Assembly: GCA_045651955.1 (NCBI GenBank)
Contig: JAZRTI010000020.1
Coordinates: 9,667-73,666, forward strand
Direction: 5' to 3'
From: Christensenellaceae bacterium
GTDB taxonomy: Bacteria; Bacillota; Clostridia; Christensenellales; Borkfalkiaceae
Length of the DNA stretch: 64,000 bases
Position 1 is the first letter of the stretch; each line of letters starts with the position of its first letter. Made by a program: the position numbers and the translations under genes. Positions 54,950 to 64,000 of this stretch are shown here, piece after piece. A model generated the notes under the pieces. That model saw only the letters and a program-made list of their open reading frames with translations, did not search any database and was not told where the DNA came from.

Positions 54950-54985
54950 ACACCGCCCTTTGGATTGCCTGCCAAAGGGCGGTGT
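54950..54985. terminator. bidirectional terminator
   Basis: It has a perfect 14-bp stem acaccgccctttgg/ccaaagggcggtgt. Confidence 0.85.
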
Positions 54986-54990
54986 ATCTT

Positions 54991-56103
54991 TTATATTAAA
55001 CCATCCGGGTTTTCGTTTGTAAGGGGAGTAAGGTTGGGGATATCCGCGTTTTTCGGCTTTTGCGTTCCCAAGGAAACGGCATTTGCCGCAGCCCTGCGAA
55101 TATCGTCCGAAATTGCCGCGTAATGGCGTTTTGTAGTGTTTACGTCGCTATGACCTAATACGTCTGCCACCACGTAAATATCGCCAGTTTGACGATATAA
55201 GTTCGTACCAAAAGTGCTTCGCAGCTTGTGTGGAGTTATTTTTTTTAAGGGAGTAACGATTTTGCTGTATTTTTTAACCAAATTTTCCACTGCGCGCACA
55301 GTAATACGGCGATCTTGCTCGGAAACAAACAGTGCGCGCTCGCTTTTAGGCAGGTTCGGGCGTTTTTCTCTATGGGCCATCCATTCTAATAAAGGCTGTT
55401 TAATTTCATCCGAAAAATATAAAATCACGCGATTTCCACCTTTTCTTGTAACGCGAAAACCGTTTACTGCAAAGTCTATATCTTCCACGTTTAGCCCTAC
55501 AAGTTCGCTGATACGGATTCCCGTACCCAAAAACAGGGTGATTATCGCCACATCTCTTACTTTGGTACGCGCGTGCGCTGCTTTTTGCCGTGCAGTTAAC
55601 CCTTCTCCGTTTTCTACAACGGATAATAGGGCGGAAAGTTCCGCATCTTCCAATCGGATAATTTCTTTTTCGTGCAATTTTGGCATAGAAACTTTGGCGG
55701 CAACGTTCGCATTGATGCGATCCCTGCGAAATAAGTATTTATAAAAGGAACGAATGCTTGCAATCTTTCTTGCCTTTGCATATTCTTTGCAATACACCCG
55801 TTTGCCGTTGATTTCATACGAAGATAAATAGCCGGAGAAACGTTCTAAATCATCCGCACACAAATTTTCCAAATCATTTAACGAAATTTCGTTCGGTTTT
55901 TTATTGCGAAACAGTTTTTCGGTTAAAAAACGGAAAAAAATACGTAAATCGTATGCATAATTTTTTCTGGTCAGTGGGGAAGTTACATTTTCAATTCCGA
56001 TAAAATAATCCGCAGCAAAACTGGGCAGTTCTTTTAAGATTTCTTCTACCGTTTTTCTGCAATTTTCATCTCTCTTTTCATAGTAATCGTTTTGCATACT
56101 CAT
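54991..56103 (-). CDS. tyrosine recombinase (XerC/XerD-like)
   Basis: It has an N-terminal SAM-like domain, plus HKLRSTFGT and GHSDVNTTKRHY, which give the catalytic His-x-x-Arg and Tyr. Confidence 0.85.
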   Translation of the reverse strand: MSMQNDYYEKRDENCRKTVEEILKELPSFAADYFIGIENVTSPLTRKNYAYDLRIFFRFLTEKLFRNKKPNEISLNDLENLCADDLERFSGYLSSYEINGKRVYCKEYAKARKIASIRSFYKYLFRRDRINANVAAKVSMPKLHEKEIIRLEDAELSALLSVVENGEGLTARQKAAHARTKVRDVAIITLFLGTGIRISELVGLNVEDIDFAVNGFRVTRKGGNRVILYFSDEIKQPLLEWMAHREKRPNLPKSERALFVSEQDRRITVRAVENLVKKYSKIVTPLKKITPHKLRSTFGTNLYRQTGDIYVVADVLGHSDVNTTKRHYAAISDDIRRAAANAVSLGTQKPKNADIPNLTPLTNENPDGLI

Positions 56104-56151
56104 TCTCCTTTATTCAGTATAACACAAATTTTGAAATAATGCAATTTCTCT

Positions 56152-56180
56152 TTGCAAAATATACAAATTTGCGGTATAAT
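56152..56180 (+). promoter_or_regulatory. candidate comEC promoter (TTGCAA-17-TATAAT)
   Basis: The -35 is at 56152-56157 and the -10 at 56175-56180, inside the ORF-track N-terminal extension. Confidence 0.45.
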
Positions 56181-56226
56181 AATAAAAATACTTACTCTAA
56201 AATATTTACCGTTAGAAAAGTACGCT

Positions 56227-57771
56227 ATGAAATTGCCAAAGATAAAACAAAATTCCAATTTCCCGTTGATTCATTTGCGCCCCATGTTATTTGCGGCGCT
56301 TGGTTTCGTTTTGGGAATTATCTGCTTATTTCAATACGTAATTTACAGGAAAACCTATGTGTTTTTCATTTTTTGCGTCTTCCTTTTTATTTTATTAGGC
56401 TTTGCAATTTATCAAACGATTCGCAAATCAGAGAAAATCCTGTTATTTTGCACGGTTATTGCAAGTATTTTTGCTATTTGCGGCGGTTTTTCTGCTTATG
56501 CGCAAATTTCTGCATACGAGCATAAAGAAATCAATCCCGGTTATTATACCGTGTATGGAACGGTATCTGATATTTCGGAATTAGAAGACGGACATAGCCT
56601 ACTGCTAACCGACTTGGTATTCAAAACAGAAAATACCACCATAACTTCAGACCATAAAATGAACCTTATTGTGTTTAATAAGGGGAGTGATGTATATCCG
56701 GGAAAACGGATTCGCACTTATGTTCTAGTAAATTTGCAAGAAAAAGGTGAATATTACACCTATCAAATGGCAAACGGCATCAAATTTGTTGCTTTTACGG
56801 GCGGAAGTTCGGTTGTTTCGGTGGGAAATACAAAAAATTTCTTTGAAAAGGTGCGGTTGAAAGGGGAAAGCATATTAAGTAAGTATTTAACCGGGGATGC
56901 CTTATATGTGGCAACGGGAATGCTGTTTGGAAATACGGAAGGCATGCAAGAAAACACCTTAACACAGTTCCGCGAATTGGGAATTGCACATATTTTCGCC
57001 GTATCCGGCTTACATATCGGCTTCCTTTGCGTAATTATAACAAAACTTTTACGCCGTACGGAGGCAAGAAATCCGTTAAGGTTCCTTTTGCCCTCCATTG
57101 CGGTTTTCTTTTATGCAGGAGTATGCGGATTTACCCCTTCCGCCTTGCGTGCCGCCATTGTGTGTGCAACGGTGTTGTTTTTTGGATTTATCGGTGCGCC
57201 GCATGATGCGCTGAGCGGTGTTTTGTTTAGTGCAATTGTTGTACTTGCATTGAATCCCGCGGATGTAACTTCTTACGGATTTATCCTTTCATACGCGTGC
57301 GTGCTTTCCATTATTATAATTTCGCCGTTATTTCGTAAACATTTACGCTTTTTACCAAACAAACTGGGGGAGGGGCTTTCCATTTCCTTGGGAATACAAG
57401 TGGGTGTTTTTCCCGTACAGATGGCACTGTTCGGGTATGCTGCGCCTATTTCTGTATTGCTGAATTTACTGTTTATTCCGATAATTACACCCATTTATAT
57501 CATAGTTTTAGCAATTTTGCTTTGCGCAGCAATTATACCTGCTTTCGGCTTGCTTTTTACAATTATTGAAAAAGTTTTTGTTTTCCTACTGTACATTTTA
57601 GATAAATTGCCACGGGGGATTACAGTTAAAAATTTAGAAGTGAATGGGGGAATGCCTATATATTATCTGGGTGTTTTGCTTGCATCCTATCACGTAAACT
57701 TGCGAAAGGGTGTAAAAATTGCAGCATCTGCACTTTGTTTTGCAGCCTTTTTACTTACGGTTTTCTTATAA
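56227..57771 (+). CDS. comEC: ComEC/Rec2-family competence channel protein (no metallo-beta-lactamase domain)
   Basis: It is polytopic with the competence-domain motif GIAHIFAVSGLHIGF. ATG 56227 lies downstream of the predicted promoter. Confidence 0.8.
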   Translation: MKLPKIKQNSNFPLIHLRPMLFAALGFVLGIICLFQYVIYRKTYVFFIFCVFLFILLGFAIYQTIRKSEKILLFCTVIASIFAICGGFSAYAQISAYEHKEINPGYYTVYGTVSDISELEDGHSLLLTDLVFKTENTTITSDHKMNLIVFNKGSDVYPGKRIRTYVLVNLQEKGEYYTYQMANGIKFVAFTGGSSVVSVGNTKNFFEKVRLKGESILSKYLTGDALYVATGMLFGNTEGMQENTLTQFRELGIAHIFAVSGLHIGFLCVIITKLLRRTEARNPLRFLLPSIAVFFYAGVCGFTPSALRAAIVCATVLFFGFIGAPHDALSGVLFSAIVVLALNPADVTSYGFILSYACVLSIIIISPLFRKHLRFLPNKLGEGLSISLGIQVGVFPVQMALFGYAAPISVLLNLLFIPIITPIYIIVLAILLCAAIIPAFGLLFTIIEKVFVFLLYILDKLPRGITVKNLEVNGGMPIYYLGVLLASYHVNLRKGVKIAASALCFAAFLLTVFL

Positions 57772-58210
57772 CCAAACAGGGAAAACAAAAAAATATTCCC
57801 AAAATTATGGCAATAGCAATAGGTGATAAGGCGTGTTTTTAATATGCCAAACAAAAAATAACCGAACAGGGAATAGGAAAAACTTAATTTTGCGTGGCGT
57901 ATATCTATTCGCAAAAGTCTTGTTTTGCGAATAGAAAGGGGTAAAAAAGAGAATAATAGGCAATATACGGCTTTTATGCTTGAATTATACCATCTGCCAC
58001 TGAATAACCGGCATTCCTTTATATAATTACCGGTATGATTCATTGTACGTTGCAGGCTGTTTCTACGTAAGGATTTTTTCCGATTGAATTACGCGCTAGC
58101 TATTGTTTCATTTCAGCACGTTGCTTTGTATGATACAGCCGTTTTTATTGCAGAAATTTTTAGTTTAACGTGGTTTTTCTTATTTTGGCAATACCGTAAC
58201 TTGTTCCTAT

Positions 58211-58401
58211 TGTGGATAATTTGTTATTTTGTCTTTTTTTCTATAAAAAACGTTGATTTTTCGGTAATTTATGGCTTTTTAAGGAAATTTTTGCCTTATT
58301 TTTATATAGAAATACGGTATTTTTTGTTGATTTTGTGGATAAATACCGCATTTTGTGGATAATTTTATGTGTTTTTGTGGATAAGTACGTAATTATCCAC
58401 A
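58211..58401. promoter_or_regulatory. cluster of five perfect DnaA boxes
   Basis: TGTGGATAA occurs at 58211-58219, 58334-58342, 58354-58362 and 58376-58384. TTATCCACA occurs at 58393-58401. A very AT-rich stretch of about 115 bp lies between the first and second box. Confidence 0.85.
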
Positions 58402-58451
58402 TTTTGCGGCAAAATTGCTATTTTTGCCCGTTTTTATTCCTGAAAAACAGA

Positions 58452-58479
58452 AAAACAGCCAATTTTTCGGCTGTTTTTT
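58452..58479. terminator. bidirectional terminator
   Basis: The stem aaaacagcc/ggctgtttt is flanked by A-runs and T-runs. Confidence 0.7.
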
Positions 58480-58590
58480 CATGTTATGTCTGTCATAGTT
58501 GTTGATAAATTGTTGAAAACTCAGTTATAGCAGGTGTGCACGTGTTCTAAATAAGATCTCGCAAGAAAACTTCCCTTTTTTATGCGTTGA

Positions 58591-59247
58591 TTAACGATAT
58601 AAGGTATCCTTAATTCTATACAAATCTAATGCTTTTCTACGTTTTTTGTAGTCAGGAATAAAGGTTTCTACTTCCTTCCAAAATTCTTTGCTATGATCAA
58701 AATGCTTTAAGTGTGCAAGTTCATGCACAACAACGTATTCCACCAATGGATAATCAACCATAATGATACGCCAGGAAAAAGACAAATCCCCTTCGTTGGT
58801 ACATGCACCGTTGCGGCTTTTATAATCCTTAATTTCCACGGATTTAGGCGTAACGCCCATTTTTTCCGCGTATTCAGCAACAATTTCGGGAATTAATTTT
58901 ACCGCTTCGCTTTTTAAGACGCGTTTTGCATTTTTTGCCACGTCCTGACCAAATTTCACGGCAAACCAACGTTCGGTCAACTTTGTTGCATCATCCACAC
59001 GCACAACGGACATTTTTTTGCCTAAAAATAAAATCTTTTTGCATTTAATAACGTCATCAAAATAATGCTTTTCCTGCTCGTTACGAGAAATCTGCTTGTT
59101 AATCCAATCTTCGTGTTTGGCAAGAAAAATTAAAATTCTTTCTTCCGAAAGGCCGTTGGGCGCTTTTACCATAACCCCTTTTTTAGGATGATAAGAAACA
59201 CTCAACGTTTTTCTATCCGAGCGTTCTAATGTATATTCGTAATCCAT
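58591..59247 (-). CDS. YgjP-like (DUF45/M48-type) zinc metallopeptidase
   Basis: It has HELAHLKHFDHSKEFW. GGGAG lies upstream of ATG 59247, and ATG 59262 is an alternative start. Confidence 0.8.
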   Translation of the reverse strand: MDYEYTLERSDRKTLSVSYHPKKGVMVKAPNGLSEERILIFLAKHEDWINKQISRNEQEKHYFDDVIKCKKILFLGKKMSVVRVDDATKLTERWFAVKFGQDVAKNAKRVLKSEAVKLIPEIVAEYAEKMGVTPKSVEIKDYKSRNGACTNEGDLSFSWRIIMVDYPLVEYVVVHELAHLKHFDHSKEFWKEVETFIPDYKKRRKALDLYRIKDTLYR

Positions 59248-59396
59248 TCTGCGCACTCCCATTTTTTTCTTATCAATATTGTACTATAATTTTTATAAAT
59301 TGTCTATCTTATTGCTGTTTTTTTCCTTAGAATTTATATTTTTTAATAAAAAATATACTTTTTTATGTTTTGTTTGTCTGACATACTAATTTGCAT

Positions 59397-59425
59397 TTGA
59401 CAGGTTTGTTTGTTTGCGGTATAAT
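59397..59425 (+). promoter_or_regulatory. consensus promoter TTGACA-17-TATAAT
   Basis: The -35 is at 59397-59402 and the -10 at 59420-59425, upstream of ATG 59461. Confidence 0.6.
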
Positions 59426-59460
59426 AATCTTAGAAAAACCTTTCAGGAAGGTGCAACCTT

Positions 59461-61992
59461 ATGGATTCTAAAGATACAAACTTTGGGGATTTTCCTTACG
59501 GGGACGAAGAAGCAACCCAATACGAAGAACCCACAAACTCCGTAGAAGAAACGGAAGATGACGACGATTTCTTTCCCACTTGGCAAAGAAAAAGTTTTTT
59601 GGAACAAACCCTGAAAACCGAAGTTGAGGAGGAGGATATTTTTACCTCCCCCACTTTTTCGTACCTTTCGGACGAGTCGGACGAGGATGATTCGGATAAA
59701 ACCGAGGATGTGGAATCTGTCCCTGCGATTGACGAATTTGATCAAGAAGAAGATTCTACAATCTTTGCTACAAATGAAGAAATTGATAATGAAATTGCTG
59801 ACGAGGATGTATCCGATTTCACCAAATCCGGCGAAAATTCGTATGAAAATGAAGAAACTGAACCCGTTTCCGCATTTTTAGAGGAGGAAAAGGAGGATTC
59901 TGAACAGTTGCACCCCTCAATTTTGGATAACGATTTTGATGCTCCGGCAATGGATGATTGGTCGGAAAACGTTACAATACAAGCGGATGAAGAAAAAACA
60001 CCCGAATATGACGCCGAGGAAAACATACAAACCCATGAAAATAACGCGGTGTACGATCAAACAATGCAATCCGACACGCAGGAAAGCAACACCCTTTCCA
60101 TGGATAATAATTTAGAAGCAGATACGAAATATACGCCTATTGCAGCAACTGAAACAGAAGAACAGGAAAACAATTTGGATGCTGAAAATGTGGAAAATTT
60201 GGTTGGAAATGCTGAGGAATTGACAGAAAACACTTCTTTTTATGACTCGCAACATTCTGAGGATGAACCAACCGGCGCTGAAACGCCTTTTGAAACATTC
60301 TCCCAGATCAATGACGTTGACGGAGAATCTGCACAACAAGCAGTCGCACAGCCCTCTGTAACCATAAGCAGTGATTTAATTCGTGGGCACATTAACACCA
60401 TTATTTTGCGCACGCTGAGCGAAGGCGACCGTTACGGTTTGGAAATCATCCAAGAAATTGAACGGAAAACGCGTGGACAATACACCATAAAACAACCCAC
60501 ATTATACAGTTCTTTGAAGCGACTGGAAAACAGTGGCTTTATCACTTCTTACTGGGGATCGGGCGAAACAAACGGCGGCAGAAGGCGTTATTATGCCTTG
60601 ACCGAAAACGGTAGAACGGTAACCGATCAAAACCGTGCAGAATGGGAATATTCCAGAACCATTATTGACAATCTGATTTCTGAACGCGAATACGACCTAT
60701 CTTCTACCCCGCCAACCGCTGTTGATTTTTCTTTGCTGAAAAACGCAACTACTCGCGTTTTTGCTTCGGATAAAAATAACACCGAAAAAGATTTGCAAGA
60801 TTTAGAAGAAAAGCGTGAGGAACTTTTAAGAAAAATGGAAGAAGAGCAAGATGCTCTTGATCGCTTAAAGTTAGAACGCGACGATTTGACCGCAGAAATT
60901 ACACGTGCACGCGAAGAAACGTTTGTTGTGCAGCAAGAACAAGCAATGCAAATGGAAGAATTTGCACAAAAGCAAGCGGAAATTGAGGAGTTAAAGCGCG
61001 AACAGGAAGAATTATCCGTTGATATCTGTAAAAAACAGGAGTATGCAAACACTCTTTCCTCCACCACAGAAGCAGAACGCGCTGAACGGGATTACAAAAA
61101 TATTTTGGGCAAAATTTTCCCGCAGGAAGAACCTTATCAAACGGAAACATCTACACCCAATAGCGGTTACACACGTGAAGAAATAGCCAAAACGGAGCAA
61201 CCACAAACGGAAAACACGCAGCCGTACGAAAAATATCCTGATTTTTGGAATTTTGAAGAGGAACCGGCAAAAAACATTCCCGCTCAAACAGACACGGAAA
61301 AATACGAATTACCTACGTTTTCTCATACCCCGGAAACCGAAAGTTACGAGCGCAACGATAATTTCTCTGAATTTATCCGCAGACATTCGCAAACAACCGA
61401 AGAAAGAAATCGTCAAGATGCAATTTCTGATTATGCAGCAACGCCGAAACGCCGCCAGGGAAAAATTGATTTTTCGGATATCTTTGCTTATGCCGACCGC
61501 AACCAAATGCGCGTTCGTTCGTATGTAGGAAATAAATCTGCAACGAACCAGACGCAGAAAAACAGTTTGCTGTTCGTAAATAAAATGCGCGCTCTTAGTT
61601 TGTGTTTAATTTATTTAATTATGATGGCGGAACTGGTGCTTTGCTACGTTTTAACTGCGGATCTGTTAGGGTTAAAGAAAGAATTTTTCTATATCGCTTT
61701 GCTTTTAACGCTGATTCCCGTTGCTGCAATCATGTTACTTTTCTTTGCATCTCAAAAACTGATTGTTCCAAGAAATAATTTGAAAGACGCCCTATTAACT
61801 TCGGTTATCATAATTTTTAACTTCTTCTTAATGCTGATTGTTTTAGCGCTTATTTTAGAAGTTCAACTTTCCAACACAAGGAATTTGCTTTTGTATTTTG
61901 CTTATCCCTTGCTTGCTATTTTGAATTTACCCATCTATATCCTAATTAAAAACGCTTTAATTAAAACCGGAAAATTTAATACGGCATCTTAA
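59461..61992 (+). CDS. 843-aa protein with an acidic low-complexity N-terminus, a PadR-type wHTH, a coiled coil and about 4 C-terminal TM segments
   Basis: The PadR core is LIRGHINTIILRTLSEGDRYGLEIIQEIE...QPTLYSSLKRLENSGFITSYW...RRRYYALTENG. The N-terminal 300 aa or so are D/E-rich. The C-terminus has hydrophobic helices. Confidence 0.75.
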   Translation: MDSKDTNFGDFPYGDEEATQYEEPTNSVEETEDDDDFFPTWQRKSFLEQTLKTEVEEEDIFTSPTFSYLSDESDEDDSDKTEDVESVPAIDEFDQEEDSTIFATNEEIDNEIADEDVSDFTKSGENSYENEETEPVSAFLEEEKEDSEQLHPSILDNDFDAPAMDDWSENVTIQADEEKTPEYDAEENIQTHENNAVYDQTMQSDTQESNTLSMDNNLEADTKYTPIAATETEEQENNLDAENVENLVGNAEELTENTSFYDSQHSEDEPTGAETPFETFSQINDVDGESAQQAVAQPSVTISSDLIRGHINTIILRTLSEGDRYGLEIIQEIERKTRGQYTIKQPTLYSSLKRLENSGFITSYWGSGETNGGRRRYYALTENGRTVTDQNRAEWEYSRTIIDNLISEREYDLSSTPPTAVDFSLLKNATTRVFASDKNNTEKDLQDLEEKREELLRKMEEEQDALDRLKLERDDLTAEITRAREETFVVQQEQAMQMEEFAQKQAEIEELKREQEELSVDICKKQEYANTLSSTTEAERAERDYKNILGKIFPQEEPYQTETSTPNSGYTREEIAKTEQPQTENTQPYEKYPDFWNFEEEPAKNIPAQTDTEKYELPTFSHTPETESYERNDNFSEFIRRHSQTTEERNRQDAISDYAATPKRRQGKIDFSDIFAYADRNQMRVRSYVGNKSATNQTQKNSLLFVNKMRALSLCLIYLIMMAELVLCYVLTADLLGLKKEFFYIALLLTLIPVAAIMLLFFASQKLIVPRNNLKDALLTSVIIIFNFFLMLIVLALILEVQLSNTRNLLLYFAYPLLAILNLPIYILIKNALIKTGKFNTAS

Positions 61993-61993
61993 C

Positions 61994-62030
61994 AAAAAAA
62001 ACACACCGAGCAAATGCTCGGTGTGTTTTA
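61994..62030. terminator. bidirectional terminator
   Basis: The stem acacaccgag/ctcggtgtgt has an A-run upstream and a T-rich tract downstream. Confidence 0.8.
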
Positions 62031-62732
62031 TTAAATATTTTGTAGATAATGAATTTCCTCGTTAGAAAGTTTACGAACCTTTCCGCGGTCCAGCCCACGC
62101 AACGTTAAGTCCCCTATTTTAATGCGTTTTAAGAAAACTACTTCTTTTCCAACCGCTTCAAACATTTTGCGCACTTGCCTATTTCTTCCTTCGGTAATAG
62201 TTACGTGCAATTTTGTGTAATCGTTTGTAGTTTCTACCACGTGAACGTTGCTTTTTTGTGTTTTTACGCCATCAATCACAACGCCGCCCCGTAAAACACC
62301 AAGTGCCTTATCCGAAATTTCGCCTTCAATACGAATTAAATAAGTTTTGGGAACTTCATTTTTCGGATGTGTTAAGCGAAAAGTCATTTCTCCGTCATTT
62401 GTTAATAATAAAAGCCCTTCCGTATCATAATCTAAGCGACCAACGGGAAAAACTCTTCCAACCCCTTCGGGCAGCAAATCCATAACCGTAGGACGTCCCT
62501 TATCATCACTGACTGTACAAACGTAGCCCTTGGGCTTATTCATAATATAATATTCTTTTTTAACGTTGGCAATCACCCTGCTTCCGTTAACGTATACCAC
62601 GTCTCCGTCATTGACTTCTGCGCCAAGAACACACGGTTTTCCGTTAATGCTAACAGCGCCGCTTTCAATCAGTTTATCCGCACTTCTGCGGCTGGCTATT
62701 CCATTTTCTGCTAAAAACTTGTTGATTCTCAT
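62031..62732 (-). CDS. rluB: RsuA/RluB-family rRNA pseudouridine synthase
   Basis: It has an S4 domain N-terminus (MRINKFLAENGIASRR) and the catalytic motif GRLDYDTEGLLLLTNDG. Confidence 0.85.
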   Translation of the reverse strand: MRINKFLAENGIASRRSADKLIESGAVSINGKPCVLGAEVNDGDVVYVNGSRVIANVKKEYYIMNKPKGYVCTVSDDKGRPTVMDLLPEGVGRVFPVGRLDYDTEGLLLLTNDGEMTFRLTHPKNEVPKTYLIRIEGEISDKALGVLRGGVVIDGVKTQKSNVHVVETTNDYTKLHVTITEGRNRQVRKMFEAVGKEVVFLKRIKIGDLTLRGLDRGKVRKLSNEEIHYLQNI

Positions 62733-63864
62733 ATAAACGCTCCTTATTGTTTCCCAACGATATTCCGTCTATATGCAATATAGTATAGATTTTTTCTGAA
62801 AAAAGCAACTGATTTTGCACAAAAACCGAAACTTCACCTACTTCTTTTTTCAAATCTAAGCGATTTTCGGTAAATTCTTTCCAATGCACCTGATAAGTTA
62901 ATGAATTATACTCTTCTTTTTTCAAAGGATATACAATACGCTTTGGCGTTCCGGCTATCAGTGTTCGGTTTTGAAAGGTAAAAGGAAAAGGTTTTTCGGG
63001 TCCAAGAATTTTGTAAAGTGAGTATTCATCAAATGCCCGGGTAAGCATTGCTTTTGTGCTTTCCCACATATTCTGATTGTTTAACACCACCCCAATCAAG
63101 GTCATACCCTTTCGTTTGGCTGCACTAACCAAGCATTTGCCCGCATCCTTGGTATACCCTGTTTTTACGCCACAAGCACCTTCAAACGAGGCAAGAAGTT
63201 TATTTTTGTTGGCAAAGGAAACCGAAATTCCGTCCGTGCGAACGAAGGAAATTTTTTCGGTTGATGCAATTTTTGCAAAAACGGGGTTTTTCATTGCTTG
63301 CATGGTTATTTGCGCAAGTTCGCGTGCCGTTGTATAATGGTTTTCGGCATGCAAACCGTGCGGATTTGCAAATTTTGTATGGTTTAAGTGATGTTTATTT
63401 GCAAATTCGTTCATTTGTGCAACAAAATTATCCACGCTTCCCCCAACAGCAATCGCAACCGCTGTTGCTGCGTCGTTTCCTGAGCGTAGCATCAATCCGT
63501 ACAACAACTGTTCTAACGTCCAAATTTCACCCTCTTTTAGATAAATAGAACTGCCTTCTACACCACACATTTCTTTGGTTATGGTTATGGAAGTATCTAA
63601 ATTTTGCTTACAAATTGCCAGATATGCCGTTAAAATTTTTGTTGTGCTTGCCATTTCCAGCACGGCATCTGCGTTGTTTTCACTTAAAACACGCCCGCTA
63701 GAAAGTTCACAAACTATCATACCCGAAGTAGCGTTTTTATAGTTTGCTGCATTTGCCACAATGTTTGTTTCCATGGGAATTGCAAATTTTTCAAGTACAG
63801 TAAAAAGGGAAATTAAACAAATTATGGCTATAATTGCAAAAATAAACCTTTCATGCTTTCTCAT
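62674..63864 (-). CDS. D-alanyl-D-alanine carboxypeptidase (S11 family)
   Basis: It has a signal/TM segment plus SxxK (ASTTK), SxN (RSGND) and KTG (VKTGYT) motifs. The 3' end overlaps the rluB start by 59 nt. Confidence 0.85.
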   Translation of the reverse strand: MRKHERFIFAIIAIICLISLFTVLEKFAIPMETNIVANAANYKNATSGMIVCELSSGRVLSENNADAVLEMASTTKILTAYLAICKQNLDTSITITKEMCGVEGSSIYLKEGEIWTLEQLLYGLMLRSGNDAATAVAIAVGGSVDNFVAQMNEFANKHHLNHTKFANPHGLHAENHYTTARELAQITMQAMKNPVFAKIASTEKISFVRTDGISVSFANKNKLLASFEGACGVKTGYTKDAGKCLVSAAKRKGMTLIGVVLNNQNMWESTKAMLTRAFDEYSLYKILGPEKPFPFTFQNRTLIAGTPKRIVYPLKKEEYNSLTYQVHWKEFTENRLDLKKEVGEVSVFVQNQLLFSEKIYTILHIDGISLGNNKERLYENQQVFSRKWNSQPQKCG

Positions 63865-64000
63865 TTATCCATCTCCGACTTTTCTTTGGATAAATGGAGC
63901 AAAAATTCGGATGCGGAATCAAACAGTTTATCCATTGGTTGATTGGCAACGTTGACAAACTTCAATCCTTGCCCGTGATCAACCAAAAAGCCGCTGGGTT
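63861..64000 (-). CDS. 3' end of an unidentified gene (5' end outside the window)
   Basis: The minus-strand frame is open from the window edge and ends ...LHLSKEKSEMDK. Its TGA overlaps the carboxypeptidase ATG (ATGA). Confidence 0.4.
   Translation of the reverse strand, partial: PSGFLVDHGQGLKFVNVANQPMDKLFDSASEFLLHLSKEKSEMDK

Noticed and set aside
56139-56226. Upstream starts for comEC (ORFs 56139 and 56152)
   Set aside because: They begin upstream of or within the predicted TTGCAA-17-TATAAT promoter. The conserved ComEC-like N-terminus begins at Met 56227.
57690-58362. ORFs 57690..58043 (-) and 58084..58362 (+) in the DnaA-box region
   Set aside because: Neither has a Shine-Dalgarno. Their F/L/Y/I-rich translations are typical of AT-rich non-coding DNA. 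One overlaps the comEC 3' end, and the other starts with TTG.
57772-58590. Interpreting the DnaA-box cluster as the chromosomal replication origin
   Set aside because: No dnaA, dnaN or rpmH genes are nearby. The flanking genes converge on the region, and the long + strand gene run lies to its left. That is the opposite of the divergent leading-strand orientation expected around oriC. It is kept as a finding, but not called oriC.
62674-62732. 59-nt overlap between the carboxypeptidase 3' end and the rluB start as a sign of a frameshift or programmed event
   Set aside because: Both ORFs have intact family motifs. The rluB N-terminus MRINKFLA is canonical. The overlap only involves a non-conserved C-terminal tail of the carboxypeptidase, so it is probably a genuine overlap or a slightly later stop. 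Nothing points to recoding.

Overview
This is a 64-kb chromosomal segment from a low-GC Firmicute with Clostridia-like gene content and synteny. The backbone is housekeeping: uvrC, murB-PHP-whiA, pfkA, rlmD, argCJBDF, comEA-holA, cdaA, aspartokinase, mgtE behind an M-box riboswitch, a class A PBP, miaB-mutS-mutL-miaA-hfq, lexA, a Xer-like recombinase, comEC, rluB and a D-Ala-D-Ala carboxypeptidase. Almost every gene up to 34.6 kb is on the + strand. I saw no rRNA, tRNA or CRISPR array. Five things stand out against this backbone. (1) A roughly 1.6-kb AT-rich islet (10.4-12.0 kb) sits at the 3' end of rlmD. It carries a GC-rich palindrome, a C-terminal fragment of a C5 DNA methyltransferase and an orphan TIR-domain protein, and it is followed by degenerate duplicate copies of the rlmD 3' end. 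(2) A translationally coupled 13-14 gene operon (12.4-25.9 kb) is my top candidate for an undescribed system, probably for lipid acyl remodelling or salvage. It encodes two adenylate-forming enzymes, two carrier proteins (one fused, one free), two HX4D acyltransferases, an LRAT-PPTase fusion, three membrane-anchored alpha/beta hydrolases (one with a Cys nucleophile), DegV/FakB, a FakA-like Dak2 protein and a GPH-type MFS transporter. (3) A decayed mobile-element relic (34.7-37.3 kb) consists of a frameshifted, 5'-truncated polyvalent-protein-like gene plus about 0.9 kb of ORF-free, repeat-bearing DNA. (4) Five perfect DnaA boxes lie in an 820-bp convergent intergenic region (57.8-58.6 kb) with no dnaA nearby. 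(5) A LexA-box-like palindrome is shared by lexA and a divergent 71-aa Cys-rich gene. All calls come from reading the sequence and ORF translations and from remembered family motifs. No searches were run.
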